Positions 1 through 12,540 of a DNA stretch of 64,000 bases are shown one piece after another (position 1 is the first letter of the stretch; every line of letters starts with the position of its first letter). Both the position numbers and the translations under genes were made by a program. Under the pieces are notes generated by a model that made no database searches, was not told where the DNA came from, and saw only the letters and a list, made by a program, of their open reading frames with translations. This DNA is from Eledone cirrhosa. Lineage: Eukaryota. The DNA lies in contig OZ024741.1 in NCBI GenBank assembly GCA_964016885.1, forward strand, positions 101,680,001 through 101,744,000. Direction: 5' to 3'.

Positions 1-69
1 ACACTATCCTCCCACTCCCACCAACACCACCCCTTCTCTATAAATTTGGTACCACAACATCCAGTCCAA

Positions 70-358
70 ATAATGAGATAAATGAGATCGAGATTGAGAT
101 CGTGTAGGTGTCACGAGAAAAAAACACACAGTCCACGCTGTAATGTGGCCGTGTAGGTAACACGGTAAAAATTTCCCAGTTCCACACTGTAAATGTGGTT
201 GGCGTTAGGAAGGGCATCCAGTCGTAGAAAATCTGCCAGATAGTCCTATATGAGTGAGACACGGTCACCCGACCAACCTTGCCTCAAGTGGGACAACTCC
301 CATCTAACCCATGCTAGCGTAGAAAGTGGACGTTAAACGAGAATGATGATGATGATGA
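70..358 (+). mobile_element. Short retroposon (SINE/RTE 3'-tail family) ending in (GAT)n
   Basis: Shares 'ggttggcgttaggaagggcatccag' and '...catgctagc...ggacgttaaacga(gat)n' with copies at 11032-11260, 25773-26086 and 27342-27612, and resembles the RTE 3' ends. Confidence 0.7.
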
Positions 359-660
359 CATACAAACACACACACACACACATATATATACATATATATA
401 CACATGCATATATATAATTATATACATATATATAATACATATATACACATATACACAAATACATACATACACACACAAATAAATAGCAGTGGGTATGTAA
501 AGGGTAAGGTAGAAAGTAGGGGGAATAAGAAAATAAATAACATAGGAAAAAGTTTAAATATAAGAGGAGATAAGGGAGAAAAAGAATATAAGGGTACAGA
601 AAGTGAGTTCAGAGAATAATAAAAATCGTAGTGGATGTAAGGCGTAAAGGGCAAAGAAGT

Positions 661-1058
661 TCAAGGTGGTTGGGTCATCGTAGGAATGTCAATCCAGTTA
701 CAGAGCAGATGTGATTTCAGGTGAGGACAACATCTGAAGATCTCGGTCTTGGAGTTAAGGCAAGTTGAAGTGGCTTTCAAATTTTGTAGAATTCTAAATT
801 TTTCAGTGGTACACAAAGAACAATTCTTTCTGCTCCTTTGGTATTCCCTCGAATGGTCTAAGATAGACCAATCGATAGAGTACGGGATGTTTTTATCTTT
901 GAATTCCCACACCTTATTGGCGAGAGCCGTTGCTGTTCTTTTATCAGAGTGTTTTTGAAAGAGGCAACATGTGCATAAAACCTGGTTTGAAACCTGTCCT
1001 GAGTCATGCCAACATATCGTTCACTCCTGGCTGGCTGGTTGTTAATCAAAGGTGTCAC
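661..1058 (-). mobile_element. Penelope-like retroelement remnant, GIY-YIG endonuclease C-terminus (frameshifted)
   Basis: Overlapping ORFs give RYVGMT..RFQTRFYAH..SFK and WSIL...CSLCTTEKFRIL...LNSKTEIFRCCPH, the Penelope GIY-YIG C-terminal motif pattern. Confidence 0.8.
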
Positions 1059-1065
1059 TACAACG

Positions 1066-1896
1066 GATGTATGTGTGTATGTATGTATATCTTTATATAT
1101 AGGTTTTTTTATATATATGTTTTTTTATATATAAGTAAATTTTTTTATATATATATGTGTGTATGTGGTTGTATGTATTTTTTCTTATGCATATGTGTAC
1201 GTGATGTATTTATGTTTTTCGATATATATTCACCTACATTTATATATATGTTCCTATTCGTGTGATTGTGAGTATATGCATGTGTATTAATGTGTATGAA
1301 TGTGAATTGTATATGTGTGTATATGTGTGTGTGTATTTTTTTTATATATATGTGTGTGTATGTATATGTATGTGTGTATGTGTGTGTATATATGTATATG
1401 TATATATATAAATGTATGTATTTATGTGTGCGTATATATGTATTTGTATGTATACCCTTTTCTGTGTATATGTTTGTACTGTATATATTTATGTGTGTGT
1501 ATTTTTCTGTGTATGTGTGTATGAGTATGTGTATGCATGTATATATATATGTATATATATATATTTATTTTATCTTGTGCATTTGCTTATCACGTGTGTT
1601 TGTTTATTTATTTATTTTTTTATTTGTGCTTTTCTCCTCTTCTGTATCGTTGTCAACTAAATAATAATTTTTATTTCCTTAAGTCTTATTTTTTATTTTT
1701 ATATTTTTATTTGTATGTGACTGCCTAATTCAGTATGTTCATTGATTTTTATTTATTTTTATATGTGTGTGTGTATGTATGTGTGTATATGTGTGTATGT
1801 ATGTGTGTGTATGTATGTCTGTATATGTATATATATCTATCTATATATATATATATACATATGTGTTTGTGTATGTATGTATATGTGTATGTATGG

Positions 1897-1988
<92 letters not shown>

Positions 1989-1989
1989 G

Positions 1990-2022
<33 letters not shown>

Positions 2023-2023
2023 G

Positions 2024-2084
<61 letters not shown>

Positions 2085-2085
2085 G

Positions 2086-2144
<59 letters not shown>

Positions 2145-2230
2145 GTATATATATATGTATATATATATGTATATATATATATATATATATACATATGTAT
2201 ATGTGTGTGTGTGTGTGTGTGTTTATATAC
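1066..2230. repeat. Degenerate (TA)n/(TG)n/(TATG)n microsatellite field
   Basis: Directly visible low-complexity dinucleotide repeats. Confidence 0.95.
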
Positions 2231-2341
2231 CTTTATATTAAATTATTCTTTTTCCCCTTTTCTTCTTCTTCCTCCAGCCTCACTTTCATATTTATTATAT
2301 TTTTGTTTTACAAATCCACTTTCAATAAATACACCAAGATC

Positions 2342-2404
2342 TTTTCATTCTGATGACTGAAAGCAAATTTTTTTTACTTTCAAGAAACCACTGGTAAAGG
2401 AAAA
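2342..2404 (+). ncRNA. Type I hammerhead ribozyme-like motif
   Basis: ttttcatt-CTGATGA-ctgaaag..ctttcaa-GAAA-CCactGG-TA-aaggaaaa; core intact, stems I and II imperfect. Confidence 0.55.
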
Positions 2405-2428
2405 AATTATCTTATGTTGTTTATTACA

Positions 2429-2476
<48 letters not shown>

Positions 2477-2845
2477 TTTACATATATATATACATATATA
2501 TACATATACGTGTTTTGCAACGGGTCACTTTGTGGCTCAATGAAAAATTAATAAATTAAATAATCAGAGCTATATATCATAAAACATGTCTATAGAATCA
2601 CAAGATAAAATATATACCATTTCCCCTCCCAATTAGCATAATTAACTATATAAAAAATCGAATAGACCAGGCTATAAGAATGAGGCTTCTATGAAGAAAT
2701 CTCCGACAAATAACCGAAACTAGCCCTTCGCGTCGGCCGCAACGGAATATTTATCGAATATTTCGACAGCGTAATCGCCCAGATACAGTCAACTAAACAG
2801 AATTCGGTGTAAAATAAACTAGGAGAAAATAGAATACATTTAAAT

Positions 2846-2933
2846 ACCTCTACCATGGTTTCATCCGTATTTTGAGTTTTCCAATAATTATGTAATAATT
2901 ATATAAACTCGAGCACCGGATTCATCAGGAAGT
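2846..2933 (-). ncRNA. Type I hammerhead ribozyme (left arm copy)
   Basis: Reverse complement of 3237-3324. Confidence 0.7.
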
Positions 2934-3236
2934 TTGCTCTTATCTAGACACTAAATTTTCAAAAGTGATCGCGCCAAGAATTCATTCAAAATGGCTAAAA
3001 ATCGTGACGTAGCTGCGGTCAGGTTGGAAGGGGTGTGGTAGTTGCTTACGACTGATGGCATTTTTGCTAGAAAGCACAGCACAATACAGCCAAATTTGTA
3101 TCTCAACCTAATGGGAGATTATTACATATAAAAGTTTACATATATATATATATACATATACGTCACGATTTTTAGCCATTTTGAATGAATTCTTGGCGCG
3201 ATCACTTTTGAAAATTTAGTGTCTAGATAAGAGCAA

Positions 3237-3324
3237 ACTTCCTGATGAATCCGGTGCTCGAGTTTATATAATTATTACATAATTATTGGAAAACTCAAAA
3301 TACGGATGAAACCATGGTAGAGGT
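3237..3324 (+). ncRNA. Type I hammerhead ribozyme with palindromic stem III
   Basis: acttc-CTGATGA-ATCCG...CGGAT-GAAA-CcatgG-TA-gaggt; stem III region ACCATGGT is self-complementary; predicted cleavage after GUA (3319). Confidence 0.75.
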
Positions 3325-3704
3325 ATTTAAATGTATTCTATTTTCTCCTAGTTTATTTTACCCCTAATTCTGTTTAGTTGACTGTATCTGGGCGATTACG
3401 CTGTCGAAATATTCGATAAATATTCCGTTGCGGCCGACACGAAGGGCTAGTTTCGGTTATTTGTCGGAGATTTCTTCATAGAAGCCTCATTCTTATAGCC
3501 TGGTCTATTCGATTTTTTATATAGTTAATTATGCTAATTGGGAGGGGAAATGGTATATATTTTATCTTGTGATTCTATAGACATGTTTTATGATATACAC
3601 ATATATATATATATATAGGTACGTTATTCAGGGTTGAATCGGAGGTAACCACAGTAAGTAAGGTACTCAATACATTGCAGAGTATAAAAGTTTTAATATA
3701 GATG

Positions 3705-3755
3705 AGATTCTACAGGACTAGAACTGTTTCATTCTTTAGAAATCATCAGGAATCT
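3705..3755 (-). ncRNA. Minimal type I hammerhead ribozyme
   Basis: Minus strand reads AGATTC-CTGATGA-tttctaaagaat-GAAA-CAGttctagtcCTG-TA-GAATCT; perfect 6-bp stem I. Confidence 0.75.
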
Positions 3756-3784
3756 GGGTATCAAAAAATATGTATGTATGTGTA

Positions 3785-3841
<57 letters not shown>

Positions 3842-3881
3842 ATGTATGTATGTGTATATATGTATATATATATATATAATG

Positions 3882-3938
<57 letters not shown>

Positions 3939-4513
3939 ATATATATATATATATATATGTATATGTACGTGTGTGTATATGTATATATATATATATATGT
4001 ATATATATATGTATATGTATGTATATATGTATATATGTGTGTGTGTGTGGGTGCATGCAAGTGTGTGTGTTTGTGAATGTGTCTGTTGACTTTTGGAATA
4101 TAGTTTAAGAGAAATTTGAAGATAATGGTATGATAGGCACTCGATATTTTGAACTGGTCTATAGAATTCTCTAGGCCTTTGTCACTAAGTAGAACCTTAA
4201 AGAATTAGCTTTTAAAGAATTTCCCTTTTCTTTAAATCCATCAACCATGACTGACCCCCAACGATCTTATAGACACCTGAAATCTAGGCACTGTTAGCTT
4301 AAGAGAAACTTAAAAATAAGGAGTGGCACCCCATTCTGAACTTGTTTATAGAATTCTTTCTGCCTTTGTTACTCTAAATATTTTATAGCTTTAAAGAATT
4401 AGCTTTTAATGAATTCCCTTTTCTATCAACCAATGACCTCTACCCATTCCACTCCCTACCCTCGCCTACCACCTGAAGAGACCTATAAATACCATATTTA
4501 TTTTTTGATACCC

Positions 4514-4564
4514 AGATTCCTGATGATTTCTAAAGAATGAAACAGTTCTAGTCATGTAGAATCT
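4514..4564 (+). ncRNA. Minimal type I hammerhead ribozyme (inverted copy of 3705-3755)
   Basis: AGATTC-CTGATGA-tttctaaagaat-GAAA-CAgttctagtcaTG-TA-GAATCT. Confidence 0.7.
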
Positions 4565-4576
4565 CATCTATATTAA

Positions 4577-4688
<112 letters not shown>

Positions 4689-5646
4689 AACCTACATAGA
4701 GCACTCTTTTTTCCTGGACCTTTCCGACGGAATTACTTCATTTATATATATAAGCAAAAGGGATATTCAATTTGTTGGTAATTCAACAAATATAAATGTT
4801 TATAACTGATTCAGAGCACTCGACAGATTTTTTGGAGTATAATATTCAATGATATTAAATAAATGGAAACTATATTTATAAAACACAACCACCACCACCA
4901 CTATATATATATATATATATATATATGTAACGGAATACTATGTGTGGTTGTAACGACAAGTGGGTGGATGGATGTAACTGTTGGTATGGTGGTTTCAATG
5001 TAAATAAAAATACCAGGAGTGTTGTTACAAAGTTTATTTTATTACAACAATATTCAATTTGAATATTGAATGATAAAATAATTGACACAAAATATTCATA
5101 CAATAATTTGGTGGCTCTTCGAGCCACGTAAATTCAAATATCACAGAATACGATTATAATATGTGTAAACAGAAATGAATGGTGCGTGTACAAATGTTGG
5201 ACTCACTATGAATTGCGTGTGTGTGGCGTATCAGTATATTTACTTATTTGTATTGCAGGAGTCAGCGATCAGCCAGGAAGGTGAGAATAAGTGGTAAACT
5301 GGTTTTCGTGACGAGAGCCTGTAAATGAGACTCGTCTTGTCTGTATCCACTGTTTTTTCTGTTTTTGGCGTAAACAATCCCTCCATTTATAAGAGCCAAA
5401 GTTAGAAGGATAGATATATCCTCTGAACTTTGGTTAGTCTCCCAAGGGATTAGTTTGCCAAGCGTAAACAAGTCAGAAAGATGGATATATCCTCTGACCT
5501 ATTTTCTGTCAGGCGTAAACACCTCTGACCTGTGTTTAGCCTCTCCCAAGGGGTTAGTCTCCTGAGCGTAAACAAATTACCACGGCTTGTCCCAGAGGCG
5601 GGAAAGCTCAGATTCGGTTTCGAATCTTCGCCGCCGTTATATATAA

Positions 5647-6418
5647 GTAAATTTCTTTAAGTCGTTTGGAAGCCTCAACAATGCAGATGGGTAAATCTCC
5701 GGGTAACAAGATCCGGTGGTGGAGAGAGAGAGAGATGTATGTGGGTGTAGGTTGAGATGCGTGGCGTATATAAGACGTGTAGAGGAATGAAGGAAAGAGC
5801 GTAAAGGATAAAAATAAAAATAACAACACGAGAGAGAGTTACCTTGGGCGAGATTTAATTGTCCCTATATATTTCGGATTCACATCCATCAACTGGGGTT
5901 TTTTTCCGAGACAACAACACACGCACACACATACACACACAGTAACATTCAACAAACAGGCAGAGAATGGACTGAGAGCTAGCGCCACCCCACTCCCACA
6001 ATTGAAAGAACTACTTCGGCCGCTGACCTCTACCTGACCGACCCCATTTCACTCGCACGCGCCCTCTGCTGAATACCTCAGATATTCAAAACAACGAACA
6101 GCGGAGGACATGTTTCGCACCTTTCCGACAGACAACCTCCCCCCCCCCACGGAAAAAAACCCAGTTGATGGATGTGAATCCAAAATATATAGGGACAATT
6201 AATTAAATCTCTCCCAAGGTAACTCTCTCTCGTGTTGTTATTTTTATTTTTATCCTTTACGCTCTTTCCTTCATTCCTCCACACGTTACAGTCTTATACA
6301 TGCCACGCATCTCAACGTACACCCACATACATCTCTCTCTCTCCACCACCAGATCTTGTTACCCGGAGATTTACCGATCTGCATTGTTGAGGCTTCCAAA
6401 CGACTTAAAGAAATTTAC
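5647..6418. repeat. Inverted duplication (arms ~5647-5907 and ~6151-6418) of an unclassified repeat
   Basis: e.g. 'gaggaatgaaggaaagagcgtaaaggataaaaataaaaataacaacacgagagagagttacc' occurs on both strands. Confidence 0.85.
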
Positions 6419-6454
6419 CTTATTATTCCACAATGCTTCAAGCAAACTTCAATA

Positions 6455-6498
<44 letters not shown>

Positions 6499-6502
<4 letters not shown>

Positions 6503-7095
6503 TTAGCATGGGAGGAGGGTGTTCCGAGGCCATAGTATCTAGAATAAGGACGGGTTGGAAGAAGTTTAGGGAGCTGCTTCCTCTGTTGACGAAGAAGGGT
6601 TTCTCCCTGCGTACGAAAGGCTGGTTGTATGATGCCTGTGTGAGGAGTGTGATGCTGCATGGTAGTGAGACATGGGCAGCAACTGCAGAGGATATGCGAC
6701 GGCTGGAGAGAAATGAGGCAAGCATGCTCCGTTGGATGTGCAGTGTAAATGTGCGTGAACGACCCAGCATAAATGTGTTGAGAGAGAAACTGTGTCTGAG
6801 AGGGATAGAATGTAGTGTACGGGAGAGGAGACTGAGGTGGTATGGACATGTGATGCGCATGGAGGATGACCGATGGGTGAACAAGTGCCAGGAAATGCCA
6901 GTTGAAGGAAGATGTGGTAGAAGTAGACCACGAAAAACATGGGCGGAGGTGGTGAGAACAGATCTCAGATCATTGAAGCTCACGGTGGAGATGACGAAGG
7001 ACCATGACGAGTGGAGAGATGCTGTACTGAATAAGACCCGTCCCACCCTTGCAAGCAGGGAAAAGCGGACGTAAAATGATGATGATGATGATGAT
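6499..7095 (+). mobile_element. RTE-clade LINE 3' fragment with (GAT)n tail
   Basis: Protein ...VRSVMLHGSETW...RLRWYGHVMRM...GRSRPRKTW, typical of the RTE RT C-terminus; near-identical to the copy at 24060-25405. Confidence 0.9.
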
Positions 7096-7146
7096 ATTTA
7101 CACAATGATATTAAATAAATGGAAACTATATTTATAAAACCATATT

Positions 7147-7207
7147 TATTCTATTATATATATTTCATGGGTACCAAAACTTTGGTACGCTTTCATCAGA
7201 TTAAATA
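7147..7207 (-). ncRNA. Degenerate type I hammerhead motif
   Basis: Minus strand: tatttaat-CTGATGA-aagcGTACCAAAgtTTTGGTACccat-GAAA-TATATA-TA-atagaata. Confidence 0.5.
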
Positions 7208-7897
7208 CAAAGTTTGTTTTATAAATTTTGACATAACCAAGAAAAAATACCTTAACGGTTCAAGTTTTTCTTGGATAGTGAAGGAAAAGAGAAGAAAAGT
7301 CAGATATTTCAAATTATTAAGATGAGTATGCAAATGAGGTTGAGGTATAGGGCTGAAAATCATTATTTTAGACGCTATGCAGAATTTAAATAATTAGGAT
7401 ATATGTATGTATGAGTAGGAAGAAGAAAAAAAAAAGAAAGAAAGAAGAGCTTGTATTGACGTTAATTTAAAACGAATTAACAATTTGCGGGAATGGTGGA
7501 ATATGATTCCAGAATTTAAATTTATTTAGCTATATTATGAGTTATAATATTGTATATATAATCAATTAGATTATATGAAGAATTAGGGTTGTAAGTAGAT
7601 TTTATCTTATTACATTACAATAGGTTGTAAGTATATAAATATCTATATAGATTAATAATTTTGCATGTATAAGTATTATAGAAATAGAAATAATTTACGA
7701 TTATTAGTTGTTTACATTTCTAATATGAGTTATGAAAGATGTTGGTTTTGCATTTTACATAAAAAACACATAGTTCAAGTTGTAAGAGGAGAACAATTTG
7801 TAGATTCAAATATTTTGTTCCAACATTGAAAATGTTTTCAGAATATTGTTAGTTTAGCGAAGTTATATAGTTTATCATACATATTATATTATAATAT

Positions 7898-8085
7898 AAT
7901 TGTTTCTACGTTAGGCACAAGGCCAGCAATTGCCCAGTGCATTACTATTACTTTATTTTATCGACCCCGTAAGGATGAAAGGCAAAGTTAACCTTGGCGG
8001 GATTTGAACTCAGAATGGCAAGGGCCGTAACTCTATACATCAAAGCATGGCGTCCGACCCTCTACCAATACTGCCAATCCACCGC
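7898..8085 (-). mobile_element. tRNA-derived SINE family 1
   Basis: Reverse copy of the family with A-box tggcagtat.gg, B-box gttcaaatcc and core gcctttcatccttacggggtcgataaaataaagtacc. Confidence 0.85.
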
Positions 8086-8243
8086 ATATTATATTATAAT
8101 ATAATGTTTATGTTTGCACGATTGAAAAGGGAAGGATAACTCCAATCTTGTTTGTTAACTGTTAAATTTGATGAATGATTTACTCAGAAAATATATAGAG
8201 AAAATTATATATAATTTTGTGTGAGATTAATTTCAATTATATA

Positions 8244-8770
8244 TTATTTTAGTCGAAAGATGTGTGAAAGTTTGAAGATCAAAAGAAGAGGAAAAAAGTT
8301 ATGTGCAAGGTTAGGAGTCATAGAGTAAGACATTTTAATGGTATTTCTATTAAAAATTTTATATTTATATACTGAGGGGAAATGCTTCTTAATAAGGGAG
8401 AGAAAGATCTTAGCTAATGATGTGGACACCTCCATATTATATGGTGGGTTATACCATATAATGTGTCGGGATCTATTTTTCCTTGGTCTATGCTCATACT
8501 TAGTATATGCTACCTTATCGACGAATCCACTCCGAGCAAGAGCTTCATTGTAATATGTGGAATGGTTGGTGAAAATATGCTCGTTTGTAGATAGACGGGA
8601 AAGCCTCAAAGGAACGTTTCTTCCCAGGTTCTTGGTTATGCTGGCAGGATGGTTAGAATGCTTACTTATGTAATTAAGCACATCATTCAGTTTTCTATAC
8701 AAATTGTGGGTAACGTCAAGGTAATTAACGACCGAGAGGTTGGCCTCAACCTACATGGAGAGGTTGAAGC
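8244..8770 (-). mobile_element. Penelope-like retroelement remnant (RT thumb/linker region)
   Basis: YRK..YISKHSNHP..I.KN....RLSRLS...IIWYNPPYN..VST...KHFP....KIFNRNTIKMSYS motifs. Confidence 0.85.
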
Positions 8771-8959
8771 CTTGTGTGTATAAACATACATATATATGTG
8801 TGTGTTTATATATATATAAATGTGTGTATATATGTGGGTGTGTGTATGCATATGTGATTGTGTGTGTATATATATATATGTGTGTGTATGTTTCTTTATT
8901 TAAAAAATGTTTTTTTATATGTATGTGTGTGTATTTTTATGTATGTACATGTGTATATG

Positions 8960-9011
<52 letters not shown>

Positions 9012-9873
9012 TATATATATGTATACATATGTGTGCGTATGTATGTATGTCCTTGTACGTGTATATATATATATATTTATAGGTATGTATGTATATATAC
9101 ATATGTATGTATATGTGAGTATATATATATACATGTGTGTGTTTGAGTGAGTGTGTATATATGTGTATATATATATATATATATACTTCGTTTCTGAATT
9201 TGTTTAGCAAGATTCTTTATCTGAAAACGTGTGTTGAAACCAATATTGTTATACTTTGGGAGGGTCATGTTGCCAATAAGAAACACACGCACCAGTTGCT
9301 TTCACTTCAATTTATTATAAATTAAATTTATAAATTTCCGGTTGGTTGGTTGGTTCCACAACCAGACGATTGTTCATATATTATAAAAGTTCTTTCGTCA
9401 CACATTCTGTGACCTCTTCAGTGACTGGGGATTCTTTTTTTTTTTTTTTGTGCCTCTCCTTTGTTCTAAATAGCTTGCAAAGTCATGCATGACTTGTCAA
9501 GCTATTTAGAACACTGGTTTAACCACTTTACTTCCCTCCGAAGAAGAGATATTATCTTGGAAATTAAGGACATTTAAATAAATCTAAGGTAAAAGATTAA
9601 TTGTCAACAATATCTTTTGCATTTGCATTTTTATTCTATGTCCATACCTGCATTGTTTTGGCTTTACAAATACAAACGTTTATACCTCATTACACAATGC
9701 TTCAAGTGAACTATAACTTCCTCCTATATATATATATATATTTATATTTTTTTTTTTCCCCCATTATGTCCTATTTTCTCCTGTTATTTTATTTTATATT
9801 ATATACCAGCCTCACTTTCAATTGTTTTAGCCTTTGTTTTTAAATCCATATCTTACATCCACATCAAATAAAA

Positions 9874-9946
9874 TTTCATTCTGATGAGCGATTTCAGATG
9901 TCTGTGTCAAGCTTGTCTGTCTTTGTGAAACCTTTGGTAAATGGAA
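9874..9946 (+). ncRNA. Type I hammerhead ribozyme motif
   Basis: TTTCATT-CTGATGA-GCGA...TTGT-GAAA-CCtttGG-TA-AATGGAA; stem I pairs fully with one G-U; related to 2342-2404. Confidence 0.65.
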
Positions 9947-9987
9947 TAATTGTCTTATGTTGTTTATTACATAACTATATATATATA

Positions 9988-10934
9988 CTAGCAGTAAAGC
10001 CCGGCGTTGCTCGGGGTCGCTCAGTAGCTGTGTTAAAGTTACAATGTTAAGTTTCTTTCTTGGCTTAAAAACTGTAGTGTCTACTCTGCAGACTTGCATG
10101 TGGTGTTTTTGATTAATATTCCCTCAACCAACAATATGCCTTATGAAGTTAAGAAAACATAACGATAACCCGAATGTTATAACAAAAGAGGATGCTGGGG
10201 ATAGAAACTGCACTGGTTATTTATTAACAAAGATCGAAAATGTAAACACTGCAACGCAGAGAAAAACATTAGCGTAACCAAATTATCAGTTATGTCTGTC
10301 TGCACGCCTATATCACCTCTCTGCACGACTGTCTGTCTGCACGCCTATATCACCTCTCTGCATGACTGTCTGTCTGCACGCCTATATCACCTCTCTGCAC
10401 GACTGTCTGTCTGCACGCCTATATCACCTCTCTGCACGACTGTCTGTCTGCACGACTGTCTGTCTGCACGCCTAACGACGAAATATTTGCTTGTTTTATG
10501 TAGTCTTTAAATAGACTTGTTTTCAAGTAAAAATATTGTTTTAAAATGCTTTTAAATGGAAATGAAGCAAAACGGAAGCTTAGTGTTCGAACTGATGAAT
10601 TTTGCAGGTCAATATTTTGCTGGCTCGACAACTGTTCGTGTATTGTGTTAATGTCATTTTAAACGCTGAGAAAGCCAGCGTAATTTTTTACGTAAGACGC
10701 TCAATGTAAACAGAACAAAGGGAAATAACTGATAACTTACGCTCAAAAATCGATACATTATATTCGATTTCGTCACATAGGGTGGGTCAATTTGAAATAT
10801 TTTTTTCCGATGTCTTCGCTAGGGCTCAATGTACAAGTATAGCAATTTCGGTGCAATTCTGTCAGAGATTCTAAGAGGAGATGTGTGCCAAAAATCGATA
10901 GACAGACAGACAACCACAGTTTTATATATATAGA
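9988..10934 (-). mobile_element. Non-autonomous Helitron-like element (Lep1/HINE-type architecture)
   Basis: Minus strand starts TC-tatatatataaaa..(CTGT)n and ends with the subterminal hairpin cccgagcaacgccggg followed by CTAG; inserted between A and T. Confidence 0.75.
10293..10472. repeat. 37-bp minisatellite, ~4.5 copies, inside the Helitron
   Basis: Unit tgtctgtctgcacgcctatatcacctctctgcacgac starts at 10293, 10330, 10367 and 10404, partial at 10441. Confidence 0.95.
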
Positions 10935-11031
10935 TTGCGTATTTCTAAAGAAATACGGTATGTTTATACATAAACATTTAGAGAGAGAAAGAGAGAGAGA
11001 GAGAATTGAAATAGAAACATATATATATATA

Positions 11032-11260
11032 TCATCATAATCATCATCATCGTTTAATGTCTATCTTCCATGCTAGCATGTGTTAGATGGGTTTGTCCCA
11101 TTTAGAAGCAAGTTGGGTCGAGTGACCATGTCTCGCTCATATAGGACTGTTTCTGGCTGGTTTTCTACGGCTGGATGCCCTTCCTAGTGCCAACCACTTT
11201 ACAGTGTGTGGGATGGGTGCTTTTTGTCGTGACACCTACACGACCACTTTACAGTGAAAG
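11032..11260 (-). mobile_element. Short retroposon (RTE 3'-tail family)
   Basis: (CAT)n then catgctagcatg...ctacggctggatgcccttcct...gccaacc. Confidence 0.7.
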
Positions 11261-11379
11261 TTTTGTGAAACAAACATAACATACACACACATATATACAT
11301 ATATATGTATATATATATACACACATGCTCATATTGTGTATATACATATATATACACACATGGTCTATATATACACATA

Positions 11380-12540
11380 TCATCATCACCTCCGTCTTAC
11401 ATCGATTTTCCATGCCTAGTTTCTCTCTCAGTTCATTTATGCTTCACTGTTCTTGTATATTACTATTACACATCCATCAAAGCATGCAAGCTTCATTTCT
11501 TTCCAATCTATGCAAATCTTCTGCACACAGCACCCAGGTCTCACTGCCATGCAACATAGCTGTTCGTATGCATGCATCATTCAGTCTGCCTTTCATTCTG
11601 AGGGAGAAGCCTTTGTAGCCAGCAGTGGTAGTAGCTCCCTGAACTTCGTCCATCTCATTCTACCCACCACTGCTGCCAATGCGGTCACCTAAGTAGCAGA
11701 AGCTGTCTACTGTTTCTACAGAGCCCTCCCAGAATTTAGTAGAGCTTTTTTCCTGCGGTCGTTTGTAACTTACTGTTCCAGTGCAACTGCTACATAATTA
11801 GCCTACGTTCTTAGCTAAACTTCCCGAGATCCCACTACATCTCTTATGTACCCACAGTTTGCATATGGGGCAGAGGATGGAGTTTCTACCTATGCCTTTC
11901 CTACATACTGAACAAGGCCATTTCCCCAAGGGGATCTTGGTTCTGTTTTCTCTTCTACTTACTAGGACCTTAGTCTTTGTCAGGTTGACTTTAAGACTCC
12001 TTCTTTCTAGGCCCTGCTGCCATGTTTGGAATTTCTTCTCTAGTTCCACCATAGATTCAGCTATGAATGTAAGATCATCTGCATACAGAAGTTCCCATGG
12101 GCAGCTGGTATTAAACTCCTCCATTATAGCCTGCAAAACAATAATAAACAGGAGCGGGCTTAGAACAGAGCCCTGGTGGACGCCAACTTGTATGCTAAAT
12201 TCTTCGTTATGGTCATTGTTAATCCTGATTTTGCTGACTGCCCCTCTATACATGGCTTGTACAGCCTTCACAAACCACTCATCTATTCCTAGTTTGCTAA
12301 GAGCCCACCAAATTGTGTCACGGGGCACTCTGTCGAAAGCTTTCTCCAGATCAACGAATGCTAGGTAGAGAAGCTTAATTTGTAGCACTGTTTTTTACCA
12401 ACAAGGAGCCTAGCAGACCCTCCTCTCCATCTAGTCTCTTGCACACAACATACATCAATTTCCTTTCACTCTAACATCTCTATAATTTCTCCTGTTCTTC
12501 CTTTCATTGTGCTCACATTGATGGTGTCGATTTGGAATTT
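11380..12540 (-). mobile_element. RTE-clade LINE, internally deleted
   Basis: LYLAFVDLEKAFDRVP, GVHQGSVLSPLLF, LLYADDL, and a Cys-rich WPCSVCRKG..C..C..WVHKRC segment. Confidence 0.9.

Larger units (their letters stand above)
2574..3597. repeat. Long near-perfect inverted repeat (arms ~2574-3011 and ~3159-3597), probably inverted Penelope pseudo-LTRs
   Basis: Arms are reverse complements with only a few mismatches, ~150-nt spacer; each arm carries a hammerhead motif. Confidence 0.9.

Noticed and set aside
1290-2360. Long Y/I/C/V/M-rich ORFs (also at 3.7, 8.8, 25.3 and 43.0 kb)
   Set aside because: They are translations of (TA)n/(TG)n/(TATG)n microsatellites, which lack stop codons
4926-5125. 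Possible short LTR (TG...CA) followed by a PBS-like TGGTGGC
   Set aside because: No second LTR, no gag/pol sequence, and no verifiable tRNA complement
9385-9430. Minus-strand CTGAAGA-ggtcac..gtgac-GAAA hammerhead-like core
   Set aside because: Stems I and III cannot be formed convincingly; at best a decayed relic
10293-10472. 37-bp repeats of CRISPR-like length
   Set aside because: Head-to-tail with no unique spacers, in a eukaryotic context, with no cas genes
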